NCBI GenBank assembly: GCA_038496445.1
Contig: JALMLS010000005.1
Span: 124,001-188,000 of the forward strand
Length of the DNA: 64,000 nucleotides
Reading direction: 5' to 3'
Source of the DNA: Trichosphaerium sp. ATCC 40318
Taxonomy: Eukaryota > Protista > Tubulinea
Shown: positions 24,305-38,298 of the stretch, piece after piece
Layout: every line of letters begins with the position of its first letter
Position numbering within the stretch: the first letter of the stretch is position 1
The notes under the pieces: model-generated
The model's input: only the letters and a program-made list of their open reading frames with translations
Told to the model about the DNA's origin: nothing
The model's database searches: none
Translations under genes and position numbers: made by a program

Positions 24305-27300
24305 ATGAAGCAAACGAGATCTAGTGGTCGATTAAATAGCCCATTGCACGCGCGTGGTGCAGATAGCAGGAAGTATTCTATGGATACCCGAAACACTGTT
24401 GCAAGAGAAATCTTTGCTACAGAGAAGGCGTATGTTGGCTATTTGGGAAAGATTGTGTCGGTGCGTTGATCAGCAAATTTGGACTCTACCAGTGCAATTC
24501 TCAAAAATAGTTGCGCCATTGGCATATATTACCAGCGTTAATACCGTTACGTAACCAACTTTAGTGTTTCTTAAAACCACTGCGTGAAAGGGCAGCCACA
24601 AGCAAGGATATAACGCTTGCGGATGTAACTATTATTTTCGGTAACATTGAGGTGCGCTAGCGCAAGTTTTAAGATAACACGTAATTTTAACACCCCATTT
24701 AGAAGATATACGCAGTGAACCAATTATTTCTTGCTGATCTGTCATCTAAAATGCAAAACTGGAGCCTCAGCTCGCAGCTTGGCGACCTTTTTACGCAATG
24801 GGTGCGTGTAGCACCAAAGTTAGTAATTATGCTAAAAACAATGCTTTAGGTTACAAGATTTACATGTTACGTTGACTATATCTTCCTGCATGAAGCAGGC
24901 GCAGCACATTTGAATATGTTACGCCAAAATAGTCAAAGGTTGGACAAGTTCATGAAAGTACGACAGCTAAATATACATACCTATACTAGCCTTCTATGCA
25001 ATTTTATGACGCTAGACAATGTTTTAAAAACAAATTCTCAAGCTAAAGTAGGGATTAAAGAATAATGCAGGACACTTCTTGAACTCTCTGATGATAATGC
25101 CTGGTACGTATTTTTATATATGTTTGTTGTCACAATTAATTTTTATGTAGTTCAAAGGCTCCCGCGCTACAAACTTCTACTGCAGGTTCGCGTTATAATT
25201 ACAGCGTGGGAAGCTTACTTGCCTTTTTTGTTAGGAATTTATTAAATTTACTGCCAAAGTACATCCTGATTATAAACCTCTTACATCCATACTGGATGTC
25301 CTCGGAAAAACAATTACGCTTGCAAATGATCTTAAGAAGCAAGCAGATTCATTGAGATGTGTCGTTACAACTTTAGTAGAAGGAAAAGCACCTGAAGCTG
25401 CTTATACTGTATGGATTATACTCACCTTGTTTAATCTCAAATCACTTGACTGTGGTGTTAATATTTATCCTAGGAGAGTCTCTTTAGAGCTGGTCGGACG
25501 TTAACGCACAGAGCTATATTCACACGTGTCAATGCAAAGGTATTGGAAAGGATTGCAAAAACTTACCTAAAACTATCGAATAGGTTTTAGTACCTATTAT
25601 ATTGTGCGAGAATATTATCATTGTTGGCGGAGCTCCTGTTATTATAGAGCATGTGTCTAACGTGAAAATAACACCTATCCCGGGTACACTGAAAGCACTA
25701 AGTCTTGTTTTTTTATTTTTGGTTGCATTTTCACTAGTTTCTTACACTGTATGTCTTTTTTAGGCACCAAATTAAATACTTACCAATTCTGTATTGCTAC
25801 GCCAACTGCAAGAGAATTCTTTACTGCAACTGATCCTAACCAGAGGACAAAACTCATTAAAGAAGCTGATCTACAAAGACAAAGAAAGGTACAATAATGT
25901 CAATGTTTTACTTTTTTACAAACGATCTTTTAGATACCTGTACCGGTGACGGAACCTGAAATAATTATGGATTCTTTGAATGTTGCACGTGAAATTATTT
26001 TTCACATTACACAGCTGTTGACGATTGAGGGTAAATTTATTGATGAAGATATGACACGGACAATAAAGTATTCAGCTATGGCTATTGACCATTGTAAAAA
26101 TTTTGAATGGAATGGTTATGGAGCTATTACAGACGTTTTATCATCAGACAAAGCACTTCTAGTTGTTCAATTATTACAGAGGTATTACTGGATGATGTAC
26201 AGAACATGCAAGCAAAATAAGCTAAAGAGTATTATGAAAAATCTAAAAAAGAGAAAACAAATCGATATACTTAATAGTACACTGTATAAAGAGGTGCAAG
26301 TGTTATTCAAGGCAGCTGCTAAGAAGGGGTCACGATCTCAAGATACTTTTGAGGAGTCTCAGCAAGAAGAGATCAGTAGTGAAGGTAAACAGTTTTGGGA
26401 AACGAATTTTGGCTTGGGTGTACGTGTGCTTAACTGACTAATTTGTTTAAGTCAACAATCTAGTTGCACAGACTCCTTACTCTGTTTTTTTTTGTAGACT
26501 TTAATTGTAGATTGGGAAGAGTTACGCAGTAGTCTAGAAGAGCACCTATTCCTTAAACATAGCCTTATTATGAACCCTGCGGATGTTATTAATATTCAGT
26601 CTATTATAGACTCTTCAAATACTCAATATGTATCAAAAGCTATGTGGGCTGAGTTTCTAAACGCTTTTGGACCTCTTGAAGAGTCTCTACAAAAAGTAAG
26701 AAGCAAGTTTTTTTATTTACTAACCGTATTGCTTAGGTTAAGGGCGTTCTAGATGCGCCTTGGTGGACTGGATACTTAAGTAGAGCTGAAGCTGAGAGCT
26801 TACTTTGGTTACAGCCCGTTGGCGTATTTTTGATTCGATTTAGTCAAACAAAACCTGGTATGTGCCCGTTGCTTGTGTTCGCAGTCATCAATGCAACTAA
26901 CTAACCTGAAATTAGGTGCATTCGCTGTTGCGTATGTTGTAGCACCTGAGACGATTAATCACGTCCAGATAAAGCCATCAGAAGTTGGATTTCAGGTAAG
27001 ATTTTTTTTTCTGTTGCTTTTTGCTTGTTTCTTCTTATTGACTGTTTTAGGTACTTTCGAATCAAGGCACTGAGATTTACTCGACGATAAACGAACTTGT
27101 CGAAGATTATGCAGAATTATTTGTTACACCACTTGTTGCTGAATTTGTTCTTACACCGTAAGTATTACTTAAGAGCGTCCTTAAGCGTATTGTTTCATTG
27201 TTGATGATTTTATTACAGGTGGTTTATGGGAGAGTTAAATAAGGAAGATACACAAGACCTTCTAATAAAGGAATCAGATGGAACATTCATGCTCAGGTAA

Positions 27301-27621
27301 CCACAAGAGTTTGGGAGAGAAGACTTTGATTCAACGAAACTTTTATTTCTGATTTTTTTTGCTTTAGTTTTTTTGTTGAATTGTTGTTGACTTTTTTTTG
27401 TTTTGTTTAGGTTGAGTAGCAGCCGAAAAGGAGCATTAGTATTGTCTGTAGTGTGGCAACTTCAGTTTTATCACATACTTATACATGTGAGTGAAGGACG
27501 CATCTTTTTGACTAACGAGCAAATGTTTTATGACTCGTTTGATGATTACATTACAAAGAATGAACAATTCCTAAAACACCCATACAATAGGGTATTCAAA
27601 CTTAACGATTTTAAAAAGTGA
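24305..27621 (+). CDS. RhoGEF (DH-PH) fused to a helical/EF-hand-SH2 module and a second SH2
   Basis: DH: REIFATEKAYVGYL, IFGNIE, LMIMPVQRLPRYKLLLQEFIK.T..HPD. EGKQFWETNFG..IIDSSNTQYVS..FGP. SH2s WWTGYLSRAEAE..GVFLIRFS and WFMGEL..GTFMLRLS. Confidence 0.85.
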
Positions 27622-27902
27622 AAAAACATCCAAAAACCCCTTATATCACTATATTGACACGCACAATTATACATCTGTAGCGTGTTGTTGTATTTTAATG
27701 AACTAAAAAAAAACCAAACTTCAAAACCTTGACTTAAGTCATTTGACAATCACGTTTATAGCTGTGTCTACGCAAAAAGTACACAGAGCTATCCAATGGA
27801 ACAGATTCAATGTCTTTGGTACACATAAAGCGCTGCAGTAATGGAAATATCTTGATTTCGAATAACCTGTACATTTCTTGTTTTTATTTTTTTTTGTTGA
27901 GA

Positions 27903-29094
27903 TCAAGATGACCCAAGCCACCACCATAGTAAAAAACAAATACAAAAAGATATAGCAGCACCCAATATAAGTTTGTTTTTCATCTTTCTTCTTTTAATTG
28001 TATGCATTAAAGTGTTAATGGACATGTACTTTGCGCCTTTAGTAGAAAGTTAGTATTCGATTCTAAATAATTAATTTACACAACGTAAATAAGGATGCTT
28101 AGTTTACAAAATAAAACGTTTCGGAGTTCAGATAAGGTTTGTGTTAATCGTCGGAAAAATAAACAAAAACAAGGGAAAATGTCTTTTTTCTTTTGAATAA
28201 AATTTCTTTCTCCTTGTGCGTAGGTACTTACTTGTATCCTTTAACCTATTAAAATTCCTTTGTAAAATACGTTGACCTTCCAACAATTTTGCTTTTGTAT
28301 CACGTGCTTGACTGAACACAATGTTAAACCCAAAAAAAAAATTTCTGTAGAAAATATTTTAACACTTACTTCGCAATGGTTTCAGACGTTTGAATGCTGT
28401 CTCTCCATGAGCTGTGCTCATTTAATAAAATTTCAACATCGCTTTTATTTGTATTATCATTACGCCTTTGGTACAAGCGTCAGTAGTTGCTACAGACGAC
28501 TAGTTTAACAGAAAAATGCAACGTAGCCGATTTCAAAAAAAAAAGCGAAACTTGGGAAATTACTAACTCCAACCAAAAAAAGAAATTATGACTCTAGCGC
28601 GTTTTTAGGAGTGAAGGAAAGCGTTGCGGAGGTTTCTACGTTAAATACGGAAAATGTTAATATTTAAAAAACAAACGCACGAGATGTTAGACATCAGTTC
28701 TTCTCTACTGTAACGATGGTCTATGCCCTCTTTTAATTTGCGGTACATTTGCTTTTGATCACTAAGCACTTCTCTGTGATGTTGTACGCTGTGCTTCTTA
28801 AGGCCAGAGGAGCTCATTTTAATGTTAATGTTTGAAAGCTAATAGTAAACATTAATGAAATGAACGTGTTAGTCTCTGTACCTCATCTAGGAGGTCCTTG
28901 ATCTCAGCGACACTGTTTTTAACAATTTCGTATGGGTCTCCATCATGATTGGCCGGAAATGACTGAATAAGGTATTCAATACGCCTCTCCAACGTCCTGG
29001 ATCTGTTTTCTAGTCTATCGGCGTCTATACCATTTAAAATTGGAGATTCGTGATGCTGGTCATCCCGTGGGCTAAATTCTGTAGATTTATTCAT
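27903..29094 (-). CDS. GOSR1: Golgi Qb-SNARE, GOS1/GOSR1-like
   Basis: VQHHREVLSD, SNARE coil, INTLMHTIKRRKMKNKLILGAAISFCICFLLWWW C-terminal anchor. Confidence 0.75.
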
Positions 29095-29420
29095 CTAGCG
29101 TTCATTCTACGGCACACAGAAAACAAATTGGTGCTGTTTTTTTTTCAAAGTCAACATTTTTCGTTCAGCATTGTTTTCCACCGAAAATATGTGTACTTTT
29201 CGAAAACCTTACGTGGAATTGTGACTTGTATTATGGATATGATTGTCCTTGATGGAATGTATCTTTTGAAAATACATGGTAGCTTTTTTCGTGCCATTGC
29301 TTAACGCACTTGTTAAAAATAGAAATATCCATCTGTGTAGCGTATCAATTCCTTGTCAAGCTAGCGTTAGAACCTTCGCAACTCTAGGCTGTCAAAACCA
29401 GCCAAAAACGTTCCAGCCCG

Positions 29421-32400
29421 ATGCTCCGAATCGACGTAAAAAGAGGTTTTAAGCGCAACTACCTTTTTTATACAATTGCTGTTATTGTGCTCTTTGTAGA
29501 CGTATTGATTGGTCAACCCGACGGATGCACGTTATCAAGTAGCTATGCATCGCTTCAAGATGCATTCGTACGTCTAAAGAACTAAATGAAAGCTCATATT
29601 GGTCATTGAACAATTAATAGGATGATGATACTATTACTTGCCTTAACGTTGATGAAGAAATCTCTGGTCCTGGTTTAATAGCTATTCAGGACGAAAACGA
29701 TGTTGCAATATATTTTGGAGCCGGGGTACGAAGGTTGTGAATGTGTACTACTCGTACTCATTGTTATAGATTGACCCCGGTATCGACTTGATAATATGGT
29801 GGAGCAATAATGTGACAACTTTCAATGGAAGATTTGAAAGTTTATTAATAGAAAATTGCACTCAACTACATATTAACAGTATCGATATTACATCGCCCCC
29901 AAGCAACACTTACCCGATTCAAGTTAACAACACTAGTCAGTATTTCTCAGAATTCAAATTTAATTTTGTTTTTTCTCGGATTTCTAAGCACTGCGCTGAC
30001 ACCGTTTTTCCGTAGTTGCAGTAGTATTTACTAATTTAACAATGCGTGAAATGCCAAACGCTTTATCCCTTCCTGATTCTTTCAGTGCAGTTTCAAGTGT
30101 TGTGTATATTTATACTGCTAGTATTCAGTCGTTAAGCGTACGCTACTGGCTGTAACTTGAATATGAAACATTCCGGTTTTATTCTTCTCACGTGTCAATT
30201 TAGCCTTTGAGTGTATTCGCATTGTCCAATACACAGATTATAGCGTTCGATTTACAAGTTGAAGGCTCTCCTAATAGTACGTGTCTAACGACTAGCTCTG
30301 TGATTCAAATGGCTTATGGATTTTTTTTATTTAGGACTTGCACACGCATTTGATGGAAGCCGTGCTTACTTTGGTACCGTTCTAGTCGCTTTTCAAGTCT
30401 ATATTACTTAATAGTGACGAATATAATAGATATGGTTGTATTTAAACCGACTAGAAGCGCAACAATACTTGTTGAGTGCGTTCTTTGGTATTCTTTGAAA
30501 AATGCGCCACAATTTTCTTATTACATTCGCTGTCAAAGGATTTTTTCATATTCAACTCCACAGAATCACAAAAACGAGAAGTTTTTGGTTGCTATTTAAG
30601 TTAATTTTTTCTTTTAGATGTACAGGTGCAAACTCAGTAACACTAAATAACGTTGTCGTTATCAGAACTCTTGAATGTAAGCTACTGCTTCTCCTTTCTT
30701 GTATAAAATCTCAAGACTGCATTAGTGATTTCAAGGGCCTGTAATTCAACTATGAACTATGTCACAATTGGTATAGGTACGCTACTTTTTTGGGTTTTTT
30801 GGTCTGTTTAAAAAATGGCCACACCTGCGAAAAAAACCAGCTAAATTTCTGTTATTCGAGTTTCATCTGATTATTGTTTTCCAAAAAGGTGTTGGGGCTG
30901 TATTAGACCAAACTCCGACGGAAATCACTTTTTCCGATTGGAAAAATCTGTTATTTGTTGGAGTAGCACTCGGGTATCTTCACTATACTATACCACAATC
31001 TTCTTTTCTATTCCTAAATGGTGAGGATGTATTCCGAGATATGGTAAACGACGACTACCATCTTACAAATGAATCAACAACAGTCTTTAACTTTACAGGC
31101 AAGTACTTTTTTGGTAAAAAAATATCACGTGATAACTTGTCAAGTTGTGCATTTTTGTATTAAACAATCACTTAGGAGTTCATGTCGGTGGACCAGATTA
31201 TGATATACGTATGTATTTTTTGTTTCTATAGTTAGTCAGTATTGTTGACTAGTACACCGATAGTTAATAATCCGAGAGCTAGTTCTATCATTGATGTGGG
31301 AGCATATCAATATGTAAGATTGTTATGCAATTTAACAAAACGCTGATAATGACTAGCGAATGCTATCAACAACTCAACCACCTACTACGATAGCACCAAC
31401 AACAGATATTCCAACTACTCTGCCACCTACTACGATGTCACCAACAACAGCCACTCCAACAACTCAAGCACCCACAACTAATACACCAATAACAACCACT
31501 CCCACAACTCAACCACCTACTACGATATCACCAACAACAGATATTCCAACTCGAGCTCCCACAACTGAAACACCAACAACTGTAGCACCAGTAACTATGC
31601 AACCAGCTACGATAGTACGAACTGGCAGTCCTACAGAGATGCCAAGTTCATCGCCTTCTCCTTTAAGTGTGGGTACAAGTTCGCCAACAAACGTTCACAC
31701 AACTCCTGCATCTGGAACAAATAGTTCTTTGACCGCACCATCAACACAACCTACAAATGGTTCATTCAGTACACCTTCGTCGGCATCCATTACTTGTGTT
31801 GGAAGCCCACCGACAAGTAGTTTTGTATGTGTTGAAGGAGTTTGGACTCTTACCGATGATTTTGATATTACAGATCAAGTTGTTACTTTTACAGGAAGAG
31901 TTGTGGTAAATGACGTCACTTTTAGTAATAGTACAGTTATTGTATTTGATAGTAGTGCCATTGAAATAACTGGTACACTTATACTAAACTTGTTTTTTTT
32001 TTTGAATGACACAATTGACCGTTTTTAGGATGTGCTACCATAGATGGACAAGGGATCATCAAAGAAAGAGGTCACGGTAGTAGAAATGGTACAATGACAC
32101 TGTTTAAATACAATAGTAGCAATGAGGCATGCGTCAATGGTATGTAGTAAAATACTGTTGAAAAGCAACAAGTGTGCTAATTACAATAAAAAGGCGAATT
32201 CAGATCGTTAGTTCTTCAAGTAAACAACCCTGAATGTGAGAATGCTACTACTACACAGAGTAGAAATAAAGGTACAGTAGTTTCAACAGCATATTTATTG
32301 TTCATAGCCTGTTTAGGTAAACTGACAGCTGCATTCAAAGTGACATCAGATTGTTGCTCTTCCAACAACAAATTGTACGAAATATATACACCAATTATTG

Positions 32401-32570
32401 CTATTGTTGTGATACTAGCAATTATAGCGGCGGTTATAGTACTCAAAGTTGAAAAAGTAAAGCGTATTGTATTCCCATTTAGATACTACGACAATGGTGC
32501 ACCTCGGAAACCAAAAACACTAAAATCACATGATATTCCTGACTCTATTCCTAATACATCACAAAGATAA
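29421..32570 (+). CDS. Type I surface glycoprotein: beta-rich ectodomain, choice-of-anchor-Q-like motif, Thr/Pro stalk, TM helix
   Basis: Hydrophobic N-terminus; DYHLTNES..PDYDI..NPRASSIIDVGAYQY; PTT repeats; TM IIAIVVILAIIAAVIVL followed by KVEKVKRIVFPF. Confidence 0.75.
31369..31612 (+). repeat. Coding 15-bp (PTTxx) tandem repeats, mucin-like stalk
   Basis: TTQPPTTIAPTTDIPTTLPPTTMSPTTATPTTQAP...; nucleotide unit CCAACWAC recurs. Confidence 0.85.
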
Positions 32571-32813
32571 CCAAACAATTCCCAAGATAGTACACCTGTA
32601 ACATCTCCATAATAATAATTAAAAAAACCATAATAACACCTACAAAAATCGCCTAAGCCTAGACCTTTTAACTCTTAACAAATGTAACACCTTTCCGCGA
32701 GCAGTTTTTTGCCCATCAAAAACCCAAATTTTCGAAACAGAAAGTAACGAGAGCTCTTTGGTTGGATAGTCATTTTCGAGTACAAAAAAAAATTTTATTT
32801 ACATTGCTTTGTT

Positions 32814-33877
32814 TTACCACTTGTGATGAACCTTAGGCAACAATTTCTCAGCACCAACAAAATCACCATTTTCATCACGTTCGTTATTTCTCTCAACCCA
32901 TTGTAATTGTTTGTTTTTCTTTGCTTTAGATGTCCACATTACACGTTGTGGCTCATTACCTACGCAAGGAGCAAGTGTTAATCCCTTATTAAAGCGAGAA
33001 AAAAAAACAAACACCAAAAAAATGATTTGAAATTTCATCCATTTTCGGATCTTGAGAGGCTTACCTTGCTTATATTTCTCTACCCAATGCATAATAAACT
33101 TTCTATCTTTGATAGGTATATCCTTTTGTTTAAGCATAAGCCGGTTACATGTCATCAGTTGCTATAAGAACGTTATAAACATCAAAATAAAATAAACAAG
33201 AAAAATGTTTTTTACTACTGTTCCTTCTTATCGAATACGTACTTCCCAACTCTCAAACTTGTCAACATGATCTGGAGCACCTCTACCGATGGTGTTTAAA
33301 AATTTTTCTACAGTCATGTCGCCTTATTCCGCATGAGATTCGAAACATAGTTTAAACAGTGGTGATGCGTTGTACCTCTTGGTGGGATGGAGTATCGAGC
33401 TTTTGGCGCTTGTCTCCTTGGACGAGGATCTAATCCTCTGCGTGTAAACCATTCTAGTTGACCATCGTTAAATGCTGTACGTAGATGGTCGCTGAGCCAT
33501 GGCTGAAAGAATTAGAGTAAGTTCAAGCATAATTTAGCTATTACGCACATTATCTGAGCGCTTAGGGTATGTAGGGTCAGGTCTACCTATATAAACAGTT
33601 AGTTTTCATTTTAATGCATTTTCGCGACCAAACAGATGGAGAAGAACCATTTCGTACCTCTAGGGATCCAGTTACCATTCTCGTCTTCATAGATCTCTTC
33701 TGTATCGATTACAGGTTCTTCTGGAAAAACATCGCCAGGGGTACGTTTAACCTTGTGTCCACGGTTAAGTACAGACGCCAGACGCCTGTATCTCACAAAT
33801 TGTTGTGGTTGAACTTTAGGCGCTGACGCCACTCTATTTGCGCCGACCTTATGTGCACGAGCGAGCAGAGCCGCCAT
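32814..33877 (-). CDS. Mitochondrial IGR-motif protein (mS41/Fyv4 family)
   Basis: Presequence-like MAALLARAHKVGANR; MTVEKFLNTIGRG...KFESWEQLMT...LKQKDIPIKDRKFIMHWVEKYKQG. Confidence 0.85.
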
Positions 33878-35901
33878 ATTGGTGATTAGAGCAGTTTGCG
33901 ATGAGTACTTAAATAAGTTGTCGCTAAGCGATTCAAATGGATTATGTAGGTGGTCTGTTAGGCTTTACTCCTACCCATATATCTTTAGAAAGATGTGCGC
34001 TTCTGGCGGATGAATATTCACGTTCAAGCCTGATTATAAACGAAATACGAAATACAGCGTATTAGAACACTCGTCCATCCTGTGCGTAACATTTGCCTAA
34101 GGGCTAAGGAAATTCTCATTGAATGCGCTCAAAAATGCAAAGAAACTAACGCAAGAGCGTTTACGGACATGAAAAACGAGGGAAAAATAACATTATGTCT
34201 CGAATATCTGTCAACAGTGCGTGTCAAGTTAAAAGTGCAAATCTAGTACTATTATATTACGTTTAGGACGATGATGTATCACACGCTATAGATCATGAGG
34301 TGTCACATATTTATGACGTAATACAACTATAAAATTTTGAGGTTACTTACGCGCTATGTTAGATGTCAGTGCTGAACATTACTATGGATAATTGCAGAAA
34401 TGTTGTCCTTACGCAAGTATACTGTAAAACAATGTGATTGTAACCTGACTTGATAGAGAAATGAAGGCGTGCAAGCTTGTCGATTGCTCACACGTGGACG
34501 ATAGTTACAAGTTAGAGTGTACTTCTAAGTGCATCAAGGATTCTCTCAATGTGCGTTTTGATTATATTACGAGACGCTCTAACATGCCCAGGGCGCCTGT
34601 CTTGGAACACAGCAGGACTTACCACAGCTTCTCTCCTCTCATTTTGGAGGGTTCACCGGTTATAAGAGCAGGCCAAGTTAAAAATAAAAAAACGTTTTTT
34701 TAAAATGACGTTAGGATTTTGTTTGGATAGCGTCATCACATTGTCCGAGGCAATAGGAGATGGTGATGCCGTTGGAGATTTTTTGGTGGATGTTGTGACA
34801 ACCACCGATAGCAAAGTTGGTGCGAGTCTATTTGTGGCGCAGTTGGAACACAATTGTACCGATGTCTCCAGATCTTTTTCTCAAAATAGCGACACTTCGT
34901 TTTTCCATCACTTTTGTTCGATTGCCCTACACTCTATGATAGTACCTGAATCTGTAGTTTGCTGTTTTAAAACATCAAATCCGTTGGGTACTGGAAAGTA
35001 GTGAAAAAGCCTACGGAGATGCTGGAAGGTACCAGACGCGTATGTAAGTGTACATACAACGTGTAAGCTTGGTTCTGTGACAAAGAACGCTTTATGAGAA
35101 TTTTCGCATTTTAAAACTTGGGAACCTAGCCTGCACCGGTTATTAGGAATTCTTGGCAGCCCAAAATAGAAGCGATAGGCGTTTTTGTGGAAAATTACGG
35201 TTTACTCGTTGACATTTTGTATTTTACAAGGGTTTGTTTGGTTATGTACATTGGTTTTCTCGTTTGCTTGAGCGATTACGATTTTTTTAGGTATGTACAC
35301 ATAACGGTATGGGTTGTTGCTGTTGGTGTCGCTTCATTGGTTTAGAAATAACGGTATTGGTATCGATCAATGCCATTCCAAAAGTCTGGAGTAGGTGTAT
35401 GTGGTCCTCAGAAGGCGGGAAACTACCACGAAGTTATGTTGTTGCGTTTGGTTCCCTTTTTTTCGGTGGGTTGAATTCAATTGGGTGTTTGAGGTAAATT
35501 CGATTTTACTCATAAAAGGGGTACGTACTATTCGATTGATACTGTTTTGAACTTCTTTGGTGGGAACAAAATTCGTTTGAAAATAGTAGAGCCACAAATT
35601 ACAGCAATACACGCAAACTGAAAGAACAAGAATAATGGGAAGAATACTAAAACAATTGAAATGTAGCAAGCGTTAAAAACCAAACAGCCGGGTCTTAAGG
35701 TCTACAGATGGTTAGTATATAATGTGCTTGTACTCCGTGTACCAACTTGAAAGTCATTGTCGCTACGTCCTTCTCGCGTGGTATTGGTTCTGCCTAAGAA
35801 GTTTCAATGAAAGTGTGCTAAGTCATACCTATCCTCACTTACTGTCAAATTAGGTCTGATAAATTTGCTTACCAGTTTTGCTGTTGGCTGCTTTTGGCAA
35901 C

Positions 35902-37836
35902 ATGAAGGTTACGCCCAAGTATCACGTGGTATATAAGCGGCAATCATCCAACTACAAAACATTTCAGAAATATTTAATGTCACTCGCTTTACTCTATGTA
36001 CCTCTTGGTCTTGTCTTTACTTATCTAGTACTTTTATCTACGAGAACAACAGGTAATCCATTTTAACAGTGTCAGAATACTGAAAATAAACCATAGTTGA
36101 CACAGACTTGATTATACAGCGTATGATGCCTTGGACGAACGTATCACGTGAAACAAATGAAATAAAAGAAATAAATGAAATAAAACAAATAAAACAAACT
36201 ATGACGCCACCAATAGAAGTACCTCAAGAAGTAGATCAGATTAAACAAGATTATGGACATGTTTTGGCACAAATGCCTAAGACTGACCATGAAACATGTA
36301 ACGCTCTACAAGTACGTGGTAGTAGAATACATAAAAACAGATTGGGGATGATGGGAAGAGAAACACGTGGTGATACAACTTTCGAGAAAATGAATACATC
36401 GCTCGCCTTTATGCACACACCTTACAGGTGCGTATGATGAATTTTTTATTTTTTCTAGTTTTTTGTTCACCCCTTTGGGTGGTTTTGGAGATTAATGGAT
36501 ATTCAACTAGATATTTACTTACGAATTGTGGAGAAGATAAAAAGATAACGTTCGAACATTTTGGTGACACTTTGGAACAACGCCCTGCTTTGAATATTTT
36601 CATACCAACATCTAGTTCTCGTTTCAGAAACGTTATACACGTAGTTAAGTCTCTCGTGATATCATCTGAGTAAGCAAAACTTTGGAATGTTGTGAAACTT
36701 TAGAAGAAACTTACACGTTTTACGATTTGCAGGCACTTTCGTCAACACCATAACAAGACTGTTCGTATTGTACTTATGGATTTCGGTACAAAGAACAAGC
36801 TATTCAGGAGAATTGCATTGAACAGTAAGCTTGACTACATCCACTTTCCAAGTACGTTGTTGGCAGCGCGTGATTTTTTCACTTTCTCAAAATTTTCTAG
36901 AGGATATGGCAGCTTACTGGGGTTGTCATATGTATCCAAAGGCTTTATTGTACAACTCCATGTTCCTTTTAGTACCAAAAACAGAGTATACAATCTTTCA
37001 TGACGCTGATATAGTCGTACCAACACCATTCTTATCAGAGGCCTGGGTCGAAGTAAACGAGCACGTAAGTGTCATTAGATTTTTATAAAAAAGGTTTTTA
37101 TTATTAGTAGCCCGAAAAAGGATATTACCAAGGCATGACGTTTGCTGTATTTATGAGTTCTAAAGAAACAAACAAAATGATCAAGAATCAAGAAGTGAAT
37201 GGTGAGTACTCTAGTGAGGGCATATGGGGAGAAAAACGTCTTAAAAACCCAGCAATGGGAGGATCAGTTATAGTAAAGAGTTCAGTCTTTGAACGAGTTG
37301 GAGGGTACGCCAACCTTACTTGTACTAAGGACATGTAATCTTGCTAATATAATATCGCGATAGTTATGATCCCGAGTGGTACTGCGGTTGGGCAGCTGAA
37401 GATAAGATGTTTTTAGAAAAATTGAATTCATTAGTTGCAAGCGATGAAAACGTAGAAATAAAGCCAACACTAAATTGTACTACTCATCCCGAACGAAGGC
37501 ACGTGTCGCATGCAGAACAAATTGTTTTAACTGTTATTTGTATAGGTGCGTTTGGGGCATTCCAATATTTGGTGGCACGTTGCCACATCATCTGTTTCAT
37601 TTCCTGCACAGAAAAGCCAAAAAATCCAAGTACGAAAACAAAATGTAAAGTGGCTTTCGCACTTTGTCTGACTGCTCCTCTGTTGTAGAAAACTTGTAAA
37701 AACTGGAGAGCAACTTTGTAGTGAATGGGATTCTATATCATGGCCATACCAACTTACATTCATGGAGAACAAACAAAGGTTATTAGACATAGAACATTCA
37801 CCGGAGCTATCAGATTTATCTCAGTTTGATCAGTAA
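35902..37836 (+). CDS. Type II Golgi glycosyltransferase, GT-A fold (GT7/GT2-like)
   Basis: N-terminal TM; IVLMDFG, FSRGYG, IFHDADIVV (DxD), GGSVIVKSSVFERVGGYD..YCGWAAED. Confidence 0.8.
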
Positions 37837-38298
37837 AACAAGTCATTAGTGTACTATTATCTTTTTTGTGGTATTGAGGAAGTGAGTTCTAAACACTATG
37901 TATAACGGTATAGGCTCACGAAAGATGAGAATATGTGTCAGAGAGACGGGACTTAGTTGAAGAATAGCGTAGTAATACGTTCTGCCCAACAACCACGTTG
38001 TAATTCTCAACAATAGAGAGCTTATTATTCGTTATCCAAAACATTCACAAACAATCCGTAGTAATAGACAATCATTTGCCTTGAGTCATACCTAGTTGGA
38101 ACGTTTCTTCAAGGTTCTAAGGTGCACTCACAAATGAACCACTTTGCTTCCAAGCTAAAAAAGGCAATTTCAAGCGTTAATTTAGGAAGTAACTTCTCAA
38201 TTACATTGGACCAGTCAAAAACTAGAAAATGAAAAAGTGATTACCAGGCCACTTTATACCTACGCAAAGTGACTCGGTGTTGACTTTTTTCTTCTAGG

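Noticed and set aside
28234-28242. GTATCCTTT as a second U12 donor (also ATATCCTT at ~10763 and ~33118)
   Set aside because: These are on the strand opposite the host gene, inside coding exons, with no matching branch point.
34653-34853. CSNC motif as a GATA zinc finger
   Set aside because: No second CxxC or WR motif follows.
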